IMG/VR virus record: IMGVR_UViG_3300012347_000217
Location: 46,664-110,663 of that record
Strand: one strand, 5' to 3'
DNA from: a virus
Taxonomy: Duplodnaviria; Heunggongvirae; Uroviricota; Caudoviricetes
DNA length: 64,000 bases
Below the pieces are notes generated by a model. That model did not search any database, was not told the DNA's origin, and saw nothing but the letters and a program-made list of their open reading frames with translations. Positions 8,853-17,714 of this stretch are shown in pieces (position 1 is the first letter of the stretch; every line of letters begins with the position of its first letter). The translations under genes and the position numbers were made by a program.

Positions 8853-8880
8853 TTGCCATCGTCCATCGGTGGCATACAAT
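8853..8880 (+). promoter_or_regulatory. TTGCCA-family early promoter (-35 8853-8858, -10 TACAAT 8875-8880) preceded by the conserved tcttcggataatgg element
   Basis: atcttcggataatggTTGCCA-16 nt-TACAAT; the same 20-mer occurs upstream of the 9608 and 11073 promoters. Confidence 0.5.
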
Positions 8881-8914
8881 TTGAACACGTTAAACAAAAC
8901 CAGAAGGTGAAATT

Positions 8915-9118
8915 ATGACACTAGCCGCACGTGGTTATAAAACCAAAAAAGAATTGAAATTGGCAGTTGGTCAGGACCTACGATACACGGAAACGTCCAT
9001 GTTCGGTCCTGAGTACAATCCAAACGGTCGTTTTGCAGTGGTTGGTCCCAGTGCATACGATAGAAAATGGTTCGCCACGGTGACGATGGTGGATGGCAAA
9101 ATCAAGTCGGTATCATAA
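8915..9118 (+). CDS. hypothetical protein
   Basis: 67-aa ORF with RBS AGGTGAAAT. Confidence 0.5.
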   Translation: MTLAARGYKTKKELKLAVGQDLRYTETSMFGPEYNPNGRFAVVGPSAYDRKWFATVTMVDGKIKSVS

Positions 9119-9128
9119 GGGGAATATA

Positions 9129-9632
9129 ATGACAACCGTTTCCAAAATACCACTCGGACGTGTCCGTGCCGATGCAGGCACCTATGCGGATGGTTCTTAC
9201 CTGTACCTGACCAAGCACTCTTGGGACTGTGGATGGTACTGGGGCTTTGGTTACGTGGGTAACCGTGACTGCCATTTCCACTTTGATTCCTTGCTGAATA
9301 TCAAGGACAATAAGGGTGGTATAAAATACACTGCCACGGATTTGTTCTCTGAAACCTACATCACCGACAAGGAATGGTGGATTATCCGTGACTTATTCGT
9401 CCAAGCCTATGCACTTAAAAAGGCGGCAGCGGTGTACCGTCAAGGAGGGCACCAAACCACTGCCAAAGGTGTGACGGATATCATCCAAGACAATGGCTTG
9501 GTGACACGAATCAACGCCGACCTGGAAAAGGTCCTCGATACCGTGTGGAACTATACGGTGGCCGCCGTCACAAAACCACAGACGGCAGAATTATCTTCGG
9601 ATAATGGTTGCCAGTCGCCTGTGGCAGTGTAG
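9129..9632 (+). CDS. hypothetical protein
   Basis: in-frame ATG (MTTVSKIPLG) inside track ORF 9093..9632. Confidence 0.5.
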   Translation: MTTVSKIPLGRVRADAGTYADGSYLYLTKHSWDCGWYWGFGYVGNRDCHFHFDSLLNIKDNKGGIKYTATDLFSETYITDKEWWIIRDLFVQAYALKKAAAVYRQGGHQTTAKGVTDIIQDNGLVTRINADLEKVLDTVWNYTVAAVTKPQTAELSSDNGCQSPVAV

Positions 9633-9635
9633 AAT
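9608..9635 (+). promoter_or_regulatory. TTGCCA-family early promoter (-10 TAGAAT 9630-9635) with upstream tcttcggataatgg element
   Basis: read directly; overlaps the 3' end of the upstream gene; followed by leader tatcacatcaacaac. Confidence 0.5.
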
Positions 9636-9668
9636 TATCACATCAACAACCAACCAAAGGTGCTCAAA

Positions 9669-9950
9669 ATGTCCAAACGGATAACCCTTCGCCAAGTGCC
9701 AGCCAACGTGGCTTCCCTTACGGAATTCGATTGTAATGGTACACTGTACTCCGTGGATGTAGATGGTAAATATATCATTTATTCCTACGGTAAGCATTTC
9801 CCCGTGGCCGTGTGCATCAAGGGACATTGGTACGTTAACCAGGACAAGTTTTCACCAACTACAGGCAGACACCAGCACATGGTGCGGATGGGCTTGATAG
9901 GTGAGAACCAAACAGGCGTGGACACTCTCACAATCAAGGCAATGGTGTAA
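9669..9950 (+). CDS. hypothetical protein
   Basis: ATG 9669 (MSKRITLRQ) inside track ORF 9660..9950. Confidence 0.5.
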   Translation: MSKRITLRQVPANVASLTEFDCNGTLYSVDVDGKYIIYSYGKHFPVAVCIKGHWYVNQDKFSPTTGRHQHMVRMGLIGENQTGVDTLTIKAMV

Positions 9951-9951
9951 T

Positions 9952-10104
9952 ATGCCACCCCTTCGCCTTTACAATGTATACCACGGAGGTGATACCTTCG
10001 TTGGTCAGGTTCTGGCATGGTCCACGGATCATGCAATAGAAAAGCTCCTCGGTGCTGTGCCGGCTGAGGTGTCTATCATGTACGTGGCACGTTCCATCAA
10101 CTGA
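9952..10104 (+). CDS. hypothetical small protein
   Basis: ATG 9952 (MPPLRLYNVYHGGDTF...) overlapping the previous stop. Confidence 0.35.
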   Translation: MPPLRLYNVYHGGDTFVGQVLAWSTDHAIEKLLGAVPAEVSIMYVARSIN

Positions 10105-10120
10105 ACTGGAGAATACCAAA

Positions 10121-10282
10121 ATGCAAGTCGACCGCTATGCCGTGGACGTTTACAATGCCTTAGACCTCGTGGACGACCTAGTCGACCATGGTACTGAATT
10201 AGACCGAGCCATCCAATTGGCTGCGGAACGATTCAAGGTCAAACCACAAGAGGTTGTGGAGGCATATAATGGTACTTATTAA
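10121..10282 (+). CDS. hypothetical small protein
   Basis: ATG after a GGAG RBS (MQVDRYAVDVYNALD...). Confidence 0.45.
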   Translation: MQVDRYAVDVYNALDLVDDLVDHGTELDRAIQLAAERFKVKPQEVVEAYNGTY

Positions 10283-10706
10283 GTCATACCGAATGGACAG
10301 CGTTGGATATTCTGGTGCACCATTTACCATGGATATGCACTTCACGGAAGTCCAAGTGGGTAACCAATGCCACTTCGACCACGAAAAAGGCATTCCTTTG
10401 AATGTAGCCGAAGGCTTGGTTAATGGTTGGAACCGTACAACCAAATTGTATGGTAAACCGACCGTGTATTCTATCATAATGCCGGTGCAGGAAATGCCAG
10501 TGGTTTCACAGTCAGCCTCGACGGTAAATAATGACATTGAGGATGCAACCATGGACGATGCTTTTGATTTTATTAAGAGTGGTCAATGGTCAGTCCACGA
10601 CTTCGAGGAATGGTGCACCATCATCCGTGGTGATGCCCATAAGGAAGGATATAATGATGGTATATCCGAAGCCAAACACATGATTGATTCCTTGTTGGTA
10701 GAATAG
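10269..10706 (+). CDS. hypothetical protein
   Basis: ATG after a GGAGG RBS inside track ORF 10254..10706. Confidence 0.5.
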   Translation: MVLIKSYRMDSVGYSGAPFTMDMHFTEVQVGNQCHFDHEKGIPLNVAEGLVNGWNRTTKLYGKPTVYSIIMPVQEMPVVSQSASTVNNDIEDATMDDAFDFIKSGQWSVHDFEEWCTIIRGDAHKEGYNDGISEAKHMIDSLLVE

Positions 10707-10725
10707 GACAACCGCAAATAGTAGT

Positions 10726-10753
10726 TGCCATTCTAAAAAATCAGTTTAAAATT
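10726..10753 (+). promoter_or_regulatory. TTGCCA-family promoter (-10 TAAAAT) followed by the tatcacatcgacaac leader
   Basis: agtagTTGCCAttctaaaaaatcagttTAAAATtatcacatcgacaac. Confidence 0.45.
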
Positions 10754-10789
10754 ATCACATCGACAACAGCAACCTTGAAAGGATATCCT

Positions 10790-11041
10790 ATGATGACATT
10801 CGACTTTGGTAAGTATTGGACAGGGGAAGCCTCACACAACCGTGAGGCCGTTTACTCTAACATTCCAATGGAACGCTTGGTAGAATTCCGTATGCGTTAC
10901 AAAGGATACAAAGTACGCTACCGTGGCCCACGTGACACCAAACTGGATATTGTAGTGCGCCAGCGTGGTCCTTTGAATCGACAGTCCAATTGCCTCAAGG
11001 CAAATGCGACTAACTTCTCGGTATATACCACTGGACTGTGA
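10790..11041 (+). CDS. hypothetical protein
   Basis: first ATG after RBS AAAGGA; the track start at 10775 is a TTG. Confidence 0.45.
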   Translation: MMTFDFGKYWTGEASHNREAVYSNIPMERLVEFRMRYKGYKVRYRGPRDTKLDIVVRQRGPLNRQSNCLKANATNFSVYTTGL

Positions 11042-11072
11042 TAAAAATGTGGCAACTATTTTCGGATAATGG

Positions 11073-11100
11073 TTGCCACTTCATTTTATCATGGTACAAT
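11073..11100 (+). promoter_or_regulatory. TTGCCA-family early promoter (-10 TACAAT 11095-11100) with upstream ttttcggataatgg element and tatcacatcgacaac leader
   Basis: read directly; the ORF-track start at 11069 (MVATSFYHG) reads through this promoter and is rejected. Confidence 0.5.
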
Positions 11101-11128
11101 TATCACATCGACAACAACAGAGAAACCA

Positions 11129-11773
11129 ATGGTTAAATTATCCAAAACTTCAAAGCTAGACGGTATCCCATCGTGGTCACTGCAAGCCAAGGACGATTGT
11201 CCAGGTGCAGTCAGTGCCAAAGGTGAGTTGGTAGATGCCTGCACCGGCTGCTATGCACGGACTGGCTTCTACGTATTCTCCAAGGCTGTCGCCCTTCGTG
11301 CCCATAATAAGGCAGACTGGCAACGTGACGGCTGGGTGGACGATATGGTTGCAGCCTTGGCAAAAGCCAAATACTTTCGTTGGTTTGATTCTGGCGATAT
11401 GTATGCACTTCCCTTGGCTAAGAAGATTCTAGCCATCATGGAAGCCACACCACATTGCCAGCACTGGTTGCCGACACGCATGGCCAAGTTCCCCAAGTTT
11501 GTGTCGACCATTGCCAAGATGCAGGCGCTACCCAATGTGATGGTTCGGTTCTCGTCCGATTCCATCAGTGGTGAATTTGATAACCGTCACGGTTCGACAA
11601 TCATACCAGACGTTGCCTCGGCACCAACTGGTGTGACGGTGTGCTTGGCATACGAACACGAAGGCAAGTGCAATGGTTGCCGTGCCTGTTGGAACAAAGC
11701 GGTACCCGTTATCGCATACCCAGCACATGGCAAGACAATGAAGAAAATTATCCGTATCAACCAGGAGAAATGA
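11129..11773 (+). CDS. Cys-rich phage protein, possibly DUF5131 (Gp37/Gp68) family
   Basis: CPGAVSAKGELVDACTGCYARTG and RWFDSGDMY recall the GC..CYA and SMSDLF motifs of DUF5131; a C-terminal CNGCRAC cluster is also present; family assignment from memory only. Confidence 0.55.
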   Translation: MVKLSKTSKLDGIPSWSLQAKDDCPGAVSAKGELVDACTGCYARTGFYVFSKAVALRAHNKADWQRDGWVDDMVAALAKAKYFRWFDSGDMYALPLAKKILAIMEATPHCQHWLPTRMAKFPKFVSTIAKMQALPNVMVRFSSDSISGEFDNRHGSTIIPDVASAPTGVTVCLAYEHEGKCNGCRACWNKAVPVIAYPAHGKTMKKIIRINQEK

Positions 11774-11774
11774 A

Positions 11775-11939
11775 ATGAGAATCCCATTCGGTCAGTTAGA
11801 GGTAGGTACCACGTTCTTTGATATCATGGAGAGTGGTGAGTTCTGGAATAAAACAGGCGAGAACACGGCCGAGATTATATCCGGTGATGAAGAAGGCATG
11901 GATACGTTCGATGTAACCGAGGAGGTAGAGGTACTATGA
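11775..11939 (+). CDS. hypothetical small protein (54 aa)
   Basis: short ORF filling the gap; below the ORF-track cutoff. Confidence 0.25.
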   Translation: MRIPFGQLEVGTTFFDIMESGEFWNKTGENTAEIISGDEEGMDTFDVTEEVEVL

Positions 11940-12115
11940 CACCCAAAGAACAGTCGGCCATCCTCAACCGTGTGGATGAATTGTTAGAAATTGTGGACTG
12001 TTTGGTCCAAACCGCAGTGCCTGAGGACTGCTACAATATCCACAATGAGATTGACAACCTCAAGGAATCGGTGTTAGAATTAAATGCACGTATTATCCAT
12101 GGAGAAACAAAATGA
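11936..12115 (+). CDS. hypothetical small protein (59 aa)
   Basis: ATGA overlaps on both sides. Confidence 0.3.
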   Translation: MTPKEQSAILNRVDELLEIVDCLVQTAVPEDCYNIHNEIDNLKESVLELNARIIHGETK

Positions 12116-12339
12116 TTGATAAAATCCAACTCATTCTGGACAACTTGAACCGCACAATCGACAGCAAGCGTAAGCTCCTCGGTATGTTCGGCATAGATCC
12201 TGTGGAGAACGTAGCCGCACAATTCCTAACCATCAATATCGAGGAGTTGGTACGCATACGTGACGACATCCTCCTGTTGGTGGAACCAGCACCAGTACAG
12301 GTGGAGAAGGACCCACGCCAGATGGAGTTGGACGTATGA
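12112..12339 (+). CDS. hypothetical protein
   Basis: 75-aa ORF in track. Confidence 0.45.
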   Translation: MIDKIQLILDNLNRTIDSKRKLLGMFGIDPVENVAAQFLTINIEELVRIRDDILLLVEPAPVQVEKDPRQMELDV

Positions 12340-12509
12340 TTATGTCCGAGGCATTGCGTGTAGTGTCCGCATACGGTGCATGGGTGGATGCAATGTCATT
12401 CATGGAAGCAGTAGAGGCCATGGAGATTGCCTATAACATGGGCACACTAACCGACAGGGAAGCCACAGCTTTTCAAACTGTTTTAGGTGAGTTAGAATCC
12501 GTTGCATAA
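12336..12509 (+). CDS. hypothetical small protein (57 aa)
   Basis: ATGA overlap with previous gene. Confidence 0.3.
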   Translation: MIMSEALRVVSAYGAWVDAMSFMEAVEAMEIAYNMGTLTDREATAFQTVLGELESVA

Positions 12510-12542
12510 TTGTGATATAATTCAATTTTGAAAGAGAACCGA

Positions 12543-13331
12543 ATGACCCGTCTATCCAAGGAAACTATGACCAATCTATATCACCGTGCGGAAGAGTCCC
12601 GCTTCACCATCAACGAACGTTTCGGTTTTGTTACCGATATGGTTAATATGCTAGCCAGTGGCACACAGACCTCCCTCGTGGTATCTGGTCCTGGTGGCCT
12701 CGGTAAGACCTTCACTGTATCGCAGGCACTCAACGAAGCAGGCCTAGAAGATATCTCCATATTCACCGACGAGGAGATGGAGTTCATCGACAAGGAATCC
12801 ACCTATCAGGTTGTCAAAGGTTATTCGACACCCAAAGGTTTGTATCGTACATTGTACCGCAACCGTGATAATGTCCTCGTGTTCGATGATTGTGACTCGG
12901 TTCTCCGTGACCCAGTATCACTCAACCTTCTCAAGGCTGCTCTGGATTCCTATGAGAAACGTATCATTTCATGGCGTGCTGACCTCAAGGATGAAGACCT
13001 GCCGCAGGTGTTCGAGTTCAAAGGTCGGGTTATCTTTATCTCCAACCTACCATCATCGTCACTGGATCAAGCCATCCTCTCACGTTCATTGGCAGTTGAC
13101 TTGTCTATGAGCAAGCCACAGAAGATTGAACGGATGCAATACCTCTTGGATCAGGACGAGTTTATGCCTGAGTTCTCCGATGAACACAAGGCAGATGCAC
13201 TTACACTAATCGACAATGTAAAAGAACACGTTAAGGAACTGTCCTTGCGTACACTGATTCAAGTCACCAAGATCCGTGCCACTGAGCAAGAAAACTGGCA
13301 GGATTTGTCAGAGTATGCTATTTGTGGTTAA
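12543..13331 (+). CDS. P-loop AAA-type ATPase
   Basis: Walker A SGPGGLGKTF; Walker B-like VLVFDDCD; ATG 12543 after RBS AAAGAGAA (track start 12528 is TTG). Confidence 0.65.
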   Translation: MTRLSKETMTNLYHRAEESRFTINERFGFVTDMVNMLASGTQTSLVVSGPGGLGKTFTVSQALNEAGLEDISIFTDEEMEFIDKESTYQVVKGYSTPKGLYRTLYRNRDNVLVFDDCDSVLRDPVSLNLLKAALDSYEKRIISWRADLKDEDLPQVFEFKGRVIFISNLPSSSLDQAILSRSLAVDLSMSKPQKIERMQYLLDQDEFMPEFSDEHKADALTLIDNVKEHVKELSLRTLIQVTKIRATEQENWQDLSEYAICG

Positions 13332-13389
13332 TTTGTAAAAAGTTAAAATTTCATTGTATAATCAATTCAACAAACAACAGGAGTATCCT

Positions 13390-13575
13390 ATGAATTCGGA
13401 CGTAACTTGGTTAGATATGGTTGACCGCTTGGAAACAGGCACTGAGGCATCCAACACAATGGTGTTGGCTGGTTTGTTGGTACGTGCCTCTGGCGGTAAG
13501 GTGCATACTATCCGCACGTATGAAAAAGGTGTGCTGACAGATACCATCAATGTCTCCGACGATGTGATTGGTTGA
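13390..13575 (+). CDS. hypothetical protein
   Basis: ATG 13390 after AGGAG inside track ORF 13354..13575. Confidence 0.4.
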   Translation: MNSDVTWLDMVDRLETGTEASNTMVLAGLLVRASGGKVHTIRTYEKGVLTDTINVSDDVIG

Positions 13576-13578
13576 GTT

Positions 13579-14151
13579 ATGGTGAAGATCCAAACTATCA
13601 AGGTCTCAGGTGATGCAGAAGAACACATCACCGAAATCATGGATATCCTTGGTGCCAAGCGACACGGTAATGGTGTATATGGAACCGTGTATAAGGTAGA
13701 TAATGAGGAAGTAATTAAGGTCTTCTCAGATGACCGTGGTTATTTGCATTATCTAAAAGGCATTGCCAAGCTCGAACAGGATAATTCATTCATGCCACGT
13801 ATCAACTACATTCATAAGATTGTGGATGAACACAAGGACGAATGGTACATGGTGTCCATGGAACGATTGACCGATTATAGTACACTCAGAGGACCAGGAC
13901 GCAAGGACTTCCATGCGTTCCGTGATACTGTGAAGGAATATGTCGGTGATGATTATGATGTGGAATGCCTTGGTCTCTCCGACTTACCACGTGAGTTGCA
14001 AGAGGTGGCATTGCCTGACACTCTGTTAGCCGTCATGGATGTTATCAAAGAAGGTAACTATAAGCATGGCCTTGGCTTTGACCTACATACGGGCAACGTC
14101 ATGGTCCGTGCAGGTGGAGATTTTGTTATCACAGACCCCTTGGTCTATTAA
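13579..14151 (+). CDS. small protein-kinase-like protein (ePK-fold)
   Basis: Gly loop GNGVYGTVYKV with Lys; catalytic-loop-like HGLGFDLHTGNVMV (HxDLxxxN); 190 aa. Confidence 0.55.
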   Translation: MVKIQTIKVSGDAEEHITEIMDILGAKRHGNGVYGTVYKVDNEEVIKVFSDDRGYLHYLKGIAKLEQDNSFMPRINYIHKIVDEHKDEWYMVSMERLTDYSTLRGPGRKDFHAFRDTVKEYVGDDYDVECLGLSDLPRELQEVALPDTLLAVMDVIKEGNYKHGLGFDLHTGNVMVRAGGDFVITDPLVY

Positions 14152-14159
14152 GGAGTTAT

Positions 14160-14426
14160 ATGTCAAAGATGTCCAAACTGAACCTAGAGATTGAATCGTT
14201 GTTTGACGAGGGTTATACCTTCGATGAAGTGGTTAAACAAATCATGGATGACAATGAGGTGGAGTATGATGTTGCCGAAGGTTGGGTAACCGATGTAGAA
14301 GAAGACCGCACCATTCGTGAGGAGGCCAACTATTATGCCGACGAGGATGCCGACGAAAAGGAAACCTTATCGCAAATGGGTATGGATGTGATTGAAGGTG
14401 TGGAATTAGATTTTGATTTTGAATGA
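14160..14426 (+). CDS. highly acidic small protein (candidate DNA mimic)
   Basis: 88 aa, very rich in D/E (..DEDADEKETLSQMGMDVIEGVELDFDFE). Confidence 0.5.
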   Translation: MSKMSKLNLEIESLFDEGYTFDEVVKQIMDDNEVEYDVAEGWVTDVEEDRTIREEANYYADEDADEKETLSQMGMDVIEGVELDFDFE

Positions 14427-14602
14427 GTTGCCTTATGGAAGACAAGCATATACAATTCACACTCGACGGCAAGGACTATGACTTGATCCTGAGGGTAGAT
14501 GATGAAGGTAAGGAATATACCGCCTTTGATATCTTCGACTATACTTCACAAGAGTATGTGGTAACCAAACAAATCAATTAATGTTTTTTAAAGGAGTTTA
14601 TT

Positions 14603-14797
14603 ATGAGTTCAAAAGTTGATGTAGGTTTAACAGGTTCGTTGGCAATAATCGCCGTGTTCATTGCCGGTGTAATTGGCTGGGTTATGAATATTATGACCAT
14701 TGCCGGTAGCGAATTTACACCTATCACAGGCCTTTTGGTATTGCGTGTGGTTGGTATTTTCGTTGCACCACTTGGTGCCGTACTTGGATGGTGCTGA
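14603..14797 (+). CDS. small membrane protein
   Basis: RBS AAAGGAG; two hydrophobic helices. Confidence 0.5.
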   Translation: MSSKVDVGLTGSLAIIAVFIAGVIGWVMNIMTIAGSEFTPITGLLVLRVVGIFVAPLGAVLGWC

Positions 14798-14932
14798 CAC
14801 CTAAACCACCAAGTCCCGGCTTGGTGCAAGACCGCAAGACTGGTGAGTGGTATGATCCACAGGCCAAGTTGGAGCAACTGCTAAAGAGTCCACAATTCAT
14901 TGCTACAATGAAACGAATGAAGGATAAATGAT

Positions 14933-15508
14933 ATGTTTGTATTTGATGTGGAAACACTAGGCAAGGATTCAACTGCGGTTATCCTATCAATGGCGTGCGT
15001 GGCGTTTGACCCAACCAAAAAGCCATCACCTGAACAACTGCGTGAGGATGCCTTCTTTGCAAAGTTTGACGTACAGGACCAGATTCAACGGCTCAAGCGT
15101 ACAACTACTAAGTCAACCATGGAGTGGTGGGCAAAGCAGTGTGATAATGTTAAGTTCAAATCATTTCGACCATCTGTGGAAGATGTTACGTTTGAGGATG
15201 GTTATGAGGCCATGCGTGTATGGGCCGCAGAACGTGAAGTGAATACCAAGGACTATGTGTGGGCACGTGGTAACCTTGACCAATTGGTGCTCGATTCGAT
15301 TGAAGAACGATGTGGTTTGGAACCTATCTTCACATTCAACCGATGGCGTGATGTACGCACGGCTGTGGACTTCATGTATGGTACAACCAATGGATATTGT
15401 GATATAGATTATCCTGGCTTCAATTCAAAGTTGCACATCACCAAGCATAATCCTATTGATGATTGTTTGTTTGATGCAATGATGCTGATGTATGGTAAGC
15501 CAGAATAA
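14933..15508 (+). CDS. dexA: DexA-like 3'-5' exonuclease (DEDD family)
   Basis: MFVFDVETLG...AFDP...STMEWWAKQ parallels T4 DexA MFDFIIDFETMG...AFDP...STIEWW. Confidence 0.8.
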   Translation: MFVFDVETLGKDSTAVILSMACVAFDPTKKPSPEQLREDAFFAKFDVQDQIQRLKRTTTKSTMEWWAKQCDNVKFKSFRPSVEDVTFEDGYEAMRVWAAEREVNTKDYVWARGNLDQLVLDSIEERCGLEPIFTFNRWRDVRTAVDFMYGTTNGYCDIDYPGFNSKLHITKHNPIDDCLFDAMMLMYGKPE

Positions 15509-15512
15509 ATAG

Positions 15513-15540
15513 TTGCCATTCTATTTCGGTATGTTAAACT
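15513..15540 (+). promoter_or_regulatory. TTGCCA-family promoter (weak -10)
   Basis: atagTTGCCAttctatttcggtatgttaaact upstream of 15577. Confidence 0.3.
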
Positions 15541-15576
15541 AGGTTCTTTGATTGAAGAACACTTTGGAGATTAAAC

Positions 15577-15831
15577 ATGGACAGAAAAAAGGCCATAAAG
15601 TATTTGGATATTGCCGTCGAACACACAAGGGCAAAAGACAACGGCACGATTGGCCAAAAAGGTCTCAATATAATCTGTACCGAAAAAGTAATGGAACTAA
15701 TAATTGAAGATGTGGAACGGATATTATTAGAGCAAGCTGAATGGGCCGCAGAACATCCTTTACTTAGTGCAGAAATGAGTGCATTGGATACCCTCAACCA
15801 AATTGTTAACTTTTTCGGAGTTGAAGAATGA
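15577..15831 (+). CDS. hypothetical protein
   Basis: 84-aa ORF with a GGAG RBS. Confidence 0.5.
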   Translation: MDRKKAIKYLDIAVEHTRAKDNGTIGQKGLNIICTEKVMELIIEDVERILLEQAEWAAEHPLLSAEMSALDTLNQIVNFFGVEE

Positions 15832-17132
15832 AGATTATTGAAATCCTGCATGGGATGTCCGCAAACCCATCACGCAACCATAAGCAACAGGTCCTTGAGG
15901 ACAACAAAGGCAACGATGTACTGAAGGAAGTATTCCGTTTGGCATATGATCCGTTCACACAGTTCTATATTCGGAAGATTCCGCAATATACAACCAATTT
16001 GTCCAGTCATGCGGCATCACTGGCTTCTATGTTGCCGGCATTGTCGGATTTATCCAATCGTGTGGTCACAGGCAATGCCGCTATTGATAGGCTCAAAGCT
16101 ATCCTCGAAGCGGTTGATGTTGATGATGCTTGGGTTATTGAACGCATCATTGGTAAAGACCTGCGTGTTGGTTGCACAGGCTCAACGGCTAACAAAGTGT
16201 GGCCAAACCTAGTCATGGAATATCCATGTATGTTGGCGTCTGTATTGGATTTGGGTAACCTCAACAAGATTACCTACCCTGCAATGGCTCAACTGAAAAT
16301 GGATGGTATGCGGTTCAATGCTATTGTCCGTGGTTCTAAGGTAGAGTTCCGTTCACGCAACGGTAAAGAGATTGACCTCAAAGGTAACCTTGAGCAAGAC
16401 TTCATTCAACTAGCCAAAGGTAAAGACCTTGTGTTTGATGGTGAATTGGTTGTAAAAGATAAAGGTAAGATCCTTGACCGACAAACTGGTAATGGCATTC
16501 TGAATAAGGCCGTAAAAGGTACTATCTCTGCGAATGAGGCCGAAATGGTGTGTGCCACTATTTGGGACCTGATTGATTATGCCGACTTCACCAAAGGCAA
16601 ATCAACCGACACATACAATGTCCGATTCAATAAACTCAAAGGCATGGCCATGAAGCCATTACCTAATCGTATTGATTTGGTTGAGTATCAAATGGTTGAA
16701 AATGCGGCCGATGCCTATGCAACCTTCTCATTCTACCATGAGCAAGGCCAAGAAGGTATCATTCTGAAAGACCTTACTGGCATTTGGGAAGACAAACGAG
16801 CAAAGCATCAAATCAAATTCAAAGGTGAATTGGATTGTGACCTCAAGATTGTTGGTGTTGAAGAAGGCACAGGTAAATATAAGGGTAAACTTGGTGCCTT
16901 GCAGTGTGAATCCGAAGATGGTATCATCAAGGTTGATGTTGGCTCAGGTTTCAATGATGTCCAACGGTATAATATTTGGGTTGACCGTAATGTGATGATT
17001 GGTAAAATCGTTGCACTCAAGTACAATGCACGTATCAAGAACCGCCAAGGTGGTGAGTCTCTGTTCTTACCTATCTTCCTTGAGGTGCGTGAAGATAAGA
17101 CAGCTGCGGACACCGAAGATAAAATCAAATAA
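15828..17132 (+). CDS. 30: ATP-dependent DNA ligase (T4 gp30-like)
   Basis: adenylation motif AMAQLKMDGMR (KxDG); TGNAAI, ANKVWP and MLAS segments match T4 DNA ligase; 434 aa. Confidence 0.9.
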   Translation: MKIIEILHGMSANPSRNHKQQVLEDNKGNDVLKEVFRLAYDPFTQFYIRKIPQYTTNLSSHAASLASMLPALSDLSNRVVTGNAAIDRLKAILEAVDVDDAWVIERIIGKDLRVGCTGSTANKVWPNLVMEYPCMLASVLDLGNLNKITYPAMAQLKMDGMRFNAIVRGSKVEFRSRNGKEIDLKGNLEQDFIQLAKGKDLVFDGELVVKDKGKILDRQTGNGILNKAVKGTISANEAEMVCATIWDLIDYADFTKGKSTDTYNVRFNKLKGMAMKPLPNRIDLVEYQMVENAADAYATFSFYHEQGQEGIILKDLTGIWEDKRAKHQIKFKGELDCDLKIVGVEEGTGKYKGKLGALQCESEDGIIKVDVGSGFNDVQRYNIWVDRNVMIGKIVALKYNARIKNRQGGESLFLPIFLEVREDKTAADTEDKIK

Positions 17133-17188
17133 TGCTTGACATTCAATTCTGGTAGAGTACAATTATCACAAGACAATGAAAGGTGATT

Positions 17189-17443
17189 ATGGGCAATATT
17201 AGAGAAATTGATCCACGCAAGGATTTTGATGGCAATGATTTGAAGATTGGTGATATTGTGGCATTCCTTGCACCACGTGACCGCCATCTCCGCAAAGGTG
17301 AGATTATTGATTTCACCAAACAAATGATCCGAATTAAAACTGGTGTAACCAAACATTGGAGAACCGGTGAAGATTATATCCAATCAGAACTACGAGATCC
17401 ACATATTGTGGTAAAATACAAGGTGGAATACAATGCCGATTAA
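17189..17443 (+). CDS. hypothetical protein
   Basis: ATG after RBS AAAGGTG; track start is GTG. Confidence 0.45.
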   Translation: MGNIREIDPRKDFDGNDLKIGDIVAFLAPRDRHLRKGEIIDFTKQMIRIKTGVTKHWRTGEDYIQSELRDPHIVVKYKVEYNAD

Positions 17444-17714
17444 GATTCCACCATTCTTGGAAGAAATGGTTGAGTTGGGTATCCGACCAACCATTGAGAA
17501 ACATCCGGTTTATGGCATCTGCTATAACCTGAACACGATGATGAAAAGCCACATGGTATTGTATGAGCATGATGACCAATGGTTTGTTGAAATGCGATAC
17601 GACGAGGTCTGGTTTGTCTCCAGCATTGAGGACATTGCATACTTTGGACGCCGAGCAATGCACGGCAGGGACTACATGAGTAGTGATTGGATTAACCTTT
17701 TGGAGAAATATTAA
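17433..17714 (+). CDS. hypothetical protein
   Basis: 93-aa ORF overlapping neighbours. Confidence 0.5.
   Translation: MPIKIPPFLEEMVELGIRPTIEKHPVYGICYNLNTMMKSHMVLYEHDDQWFVEMRYDEVWFVSSIEDIAYFGRRAMHGRDYMSSDWINLLEKY

Noticed and set aside
8838-11100. Repeated 20-mers (tcttcggataatggttgcca) that might be read as a CRISPR-like array
   Set aside because: Spacing is irregular (755 and 1465 bp). Each copy is a promoter immediately upstream of a gene. No CRISPR repeat-spacer periodicity or cas genes.
11069-11128. ORF-track start MVATSFYHG for the 11069..11773 ORF
   Set aside because: These codons are the TTGCCA/-10 TACAAT promoter and leader shared with other genes. The real start is ATG 11129, preceded by a purine-rich stretch.
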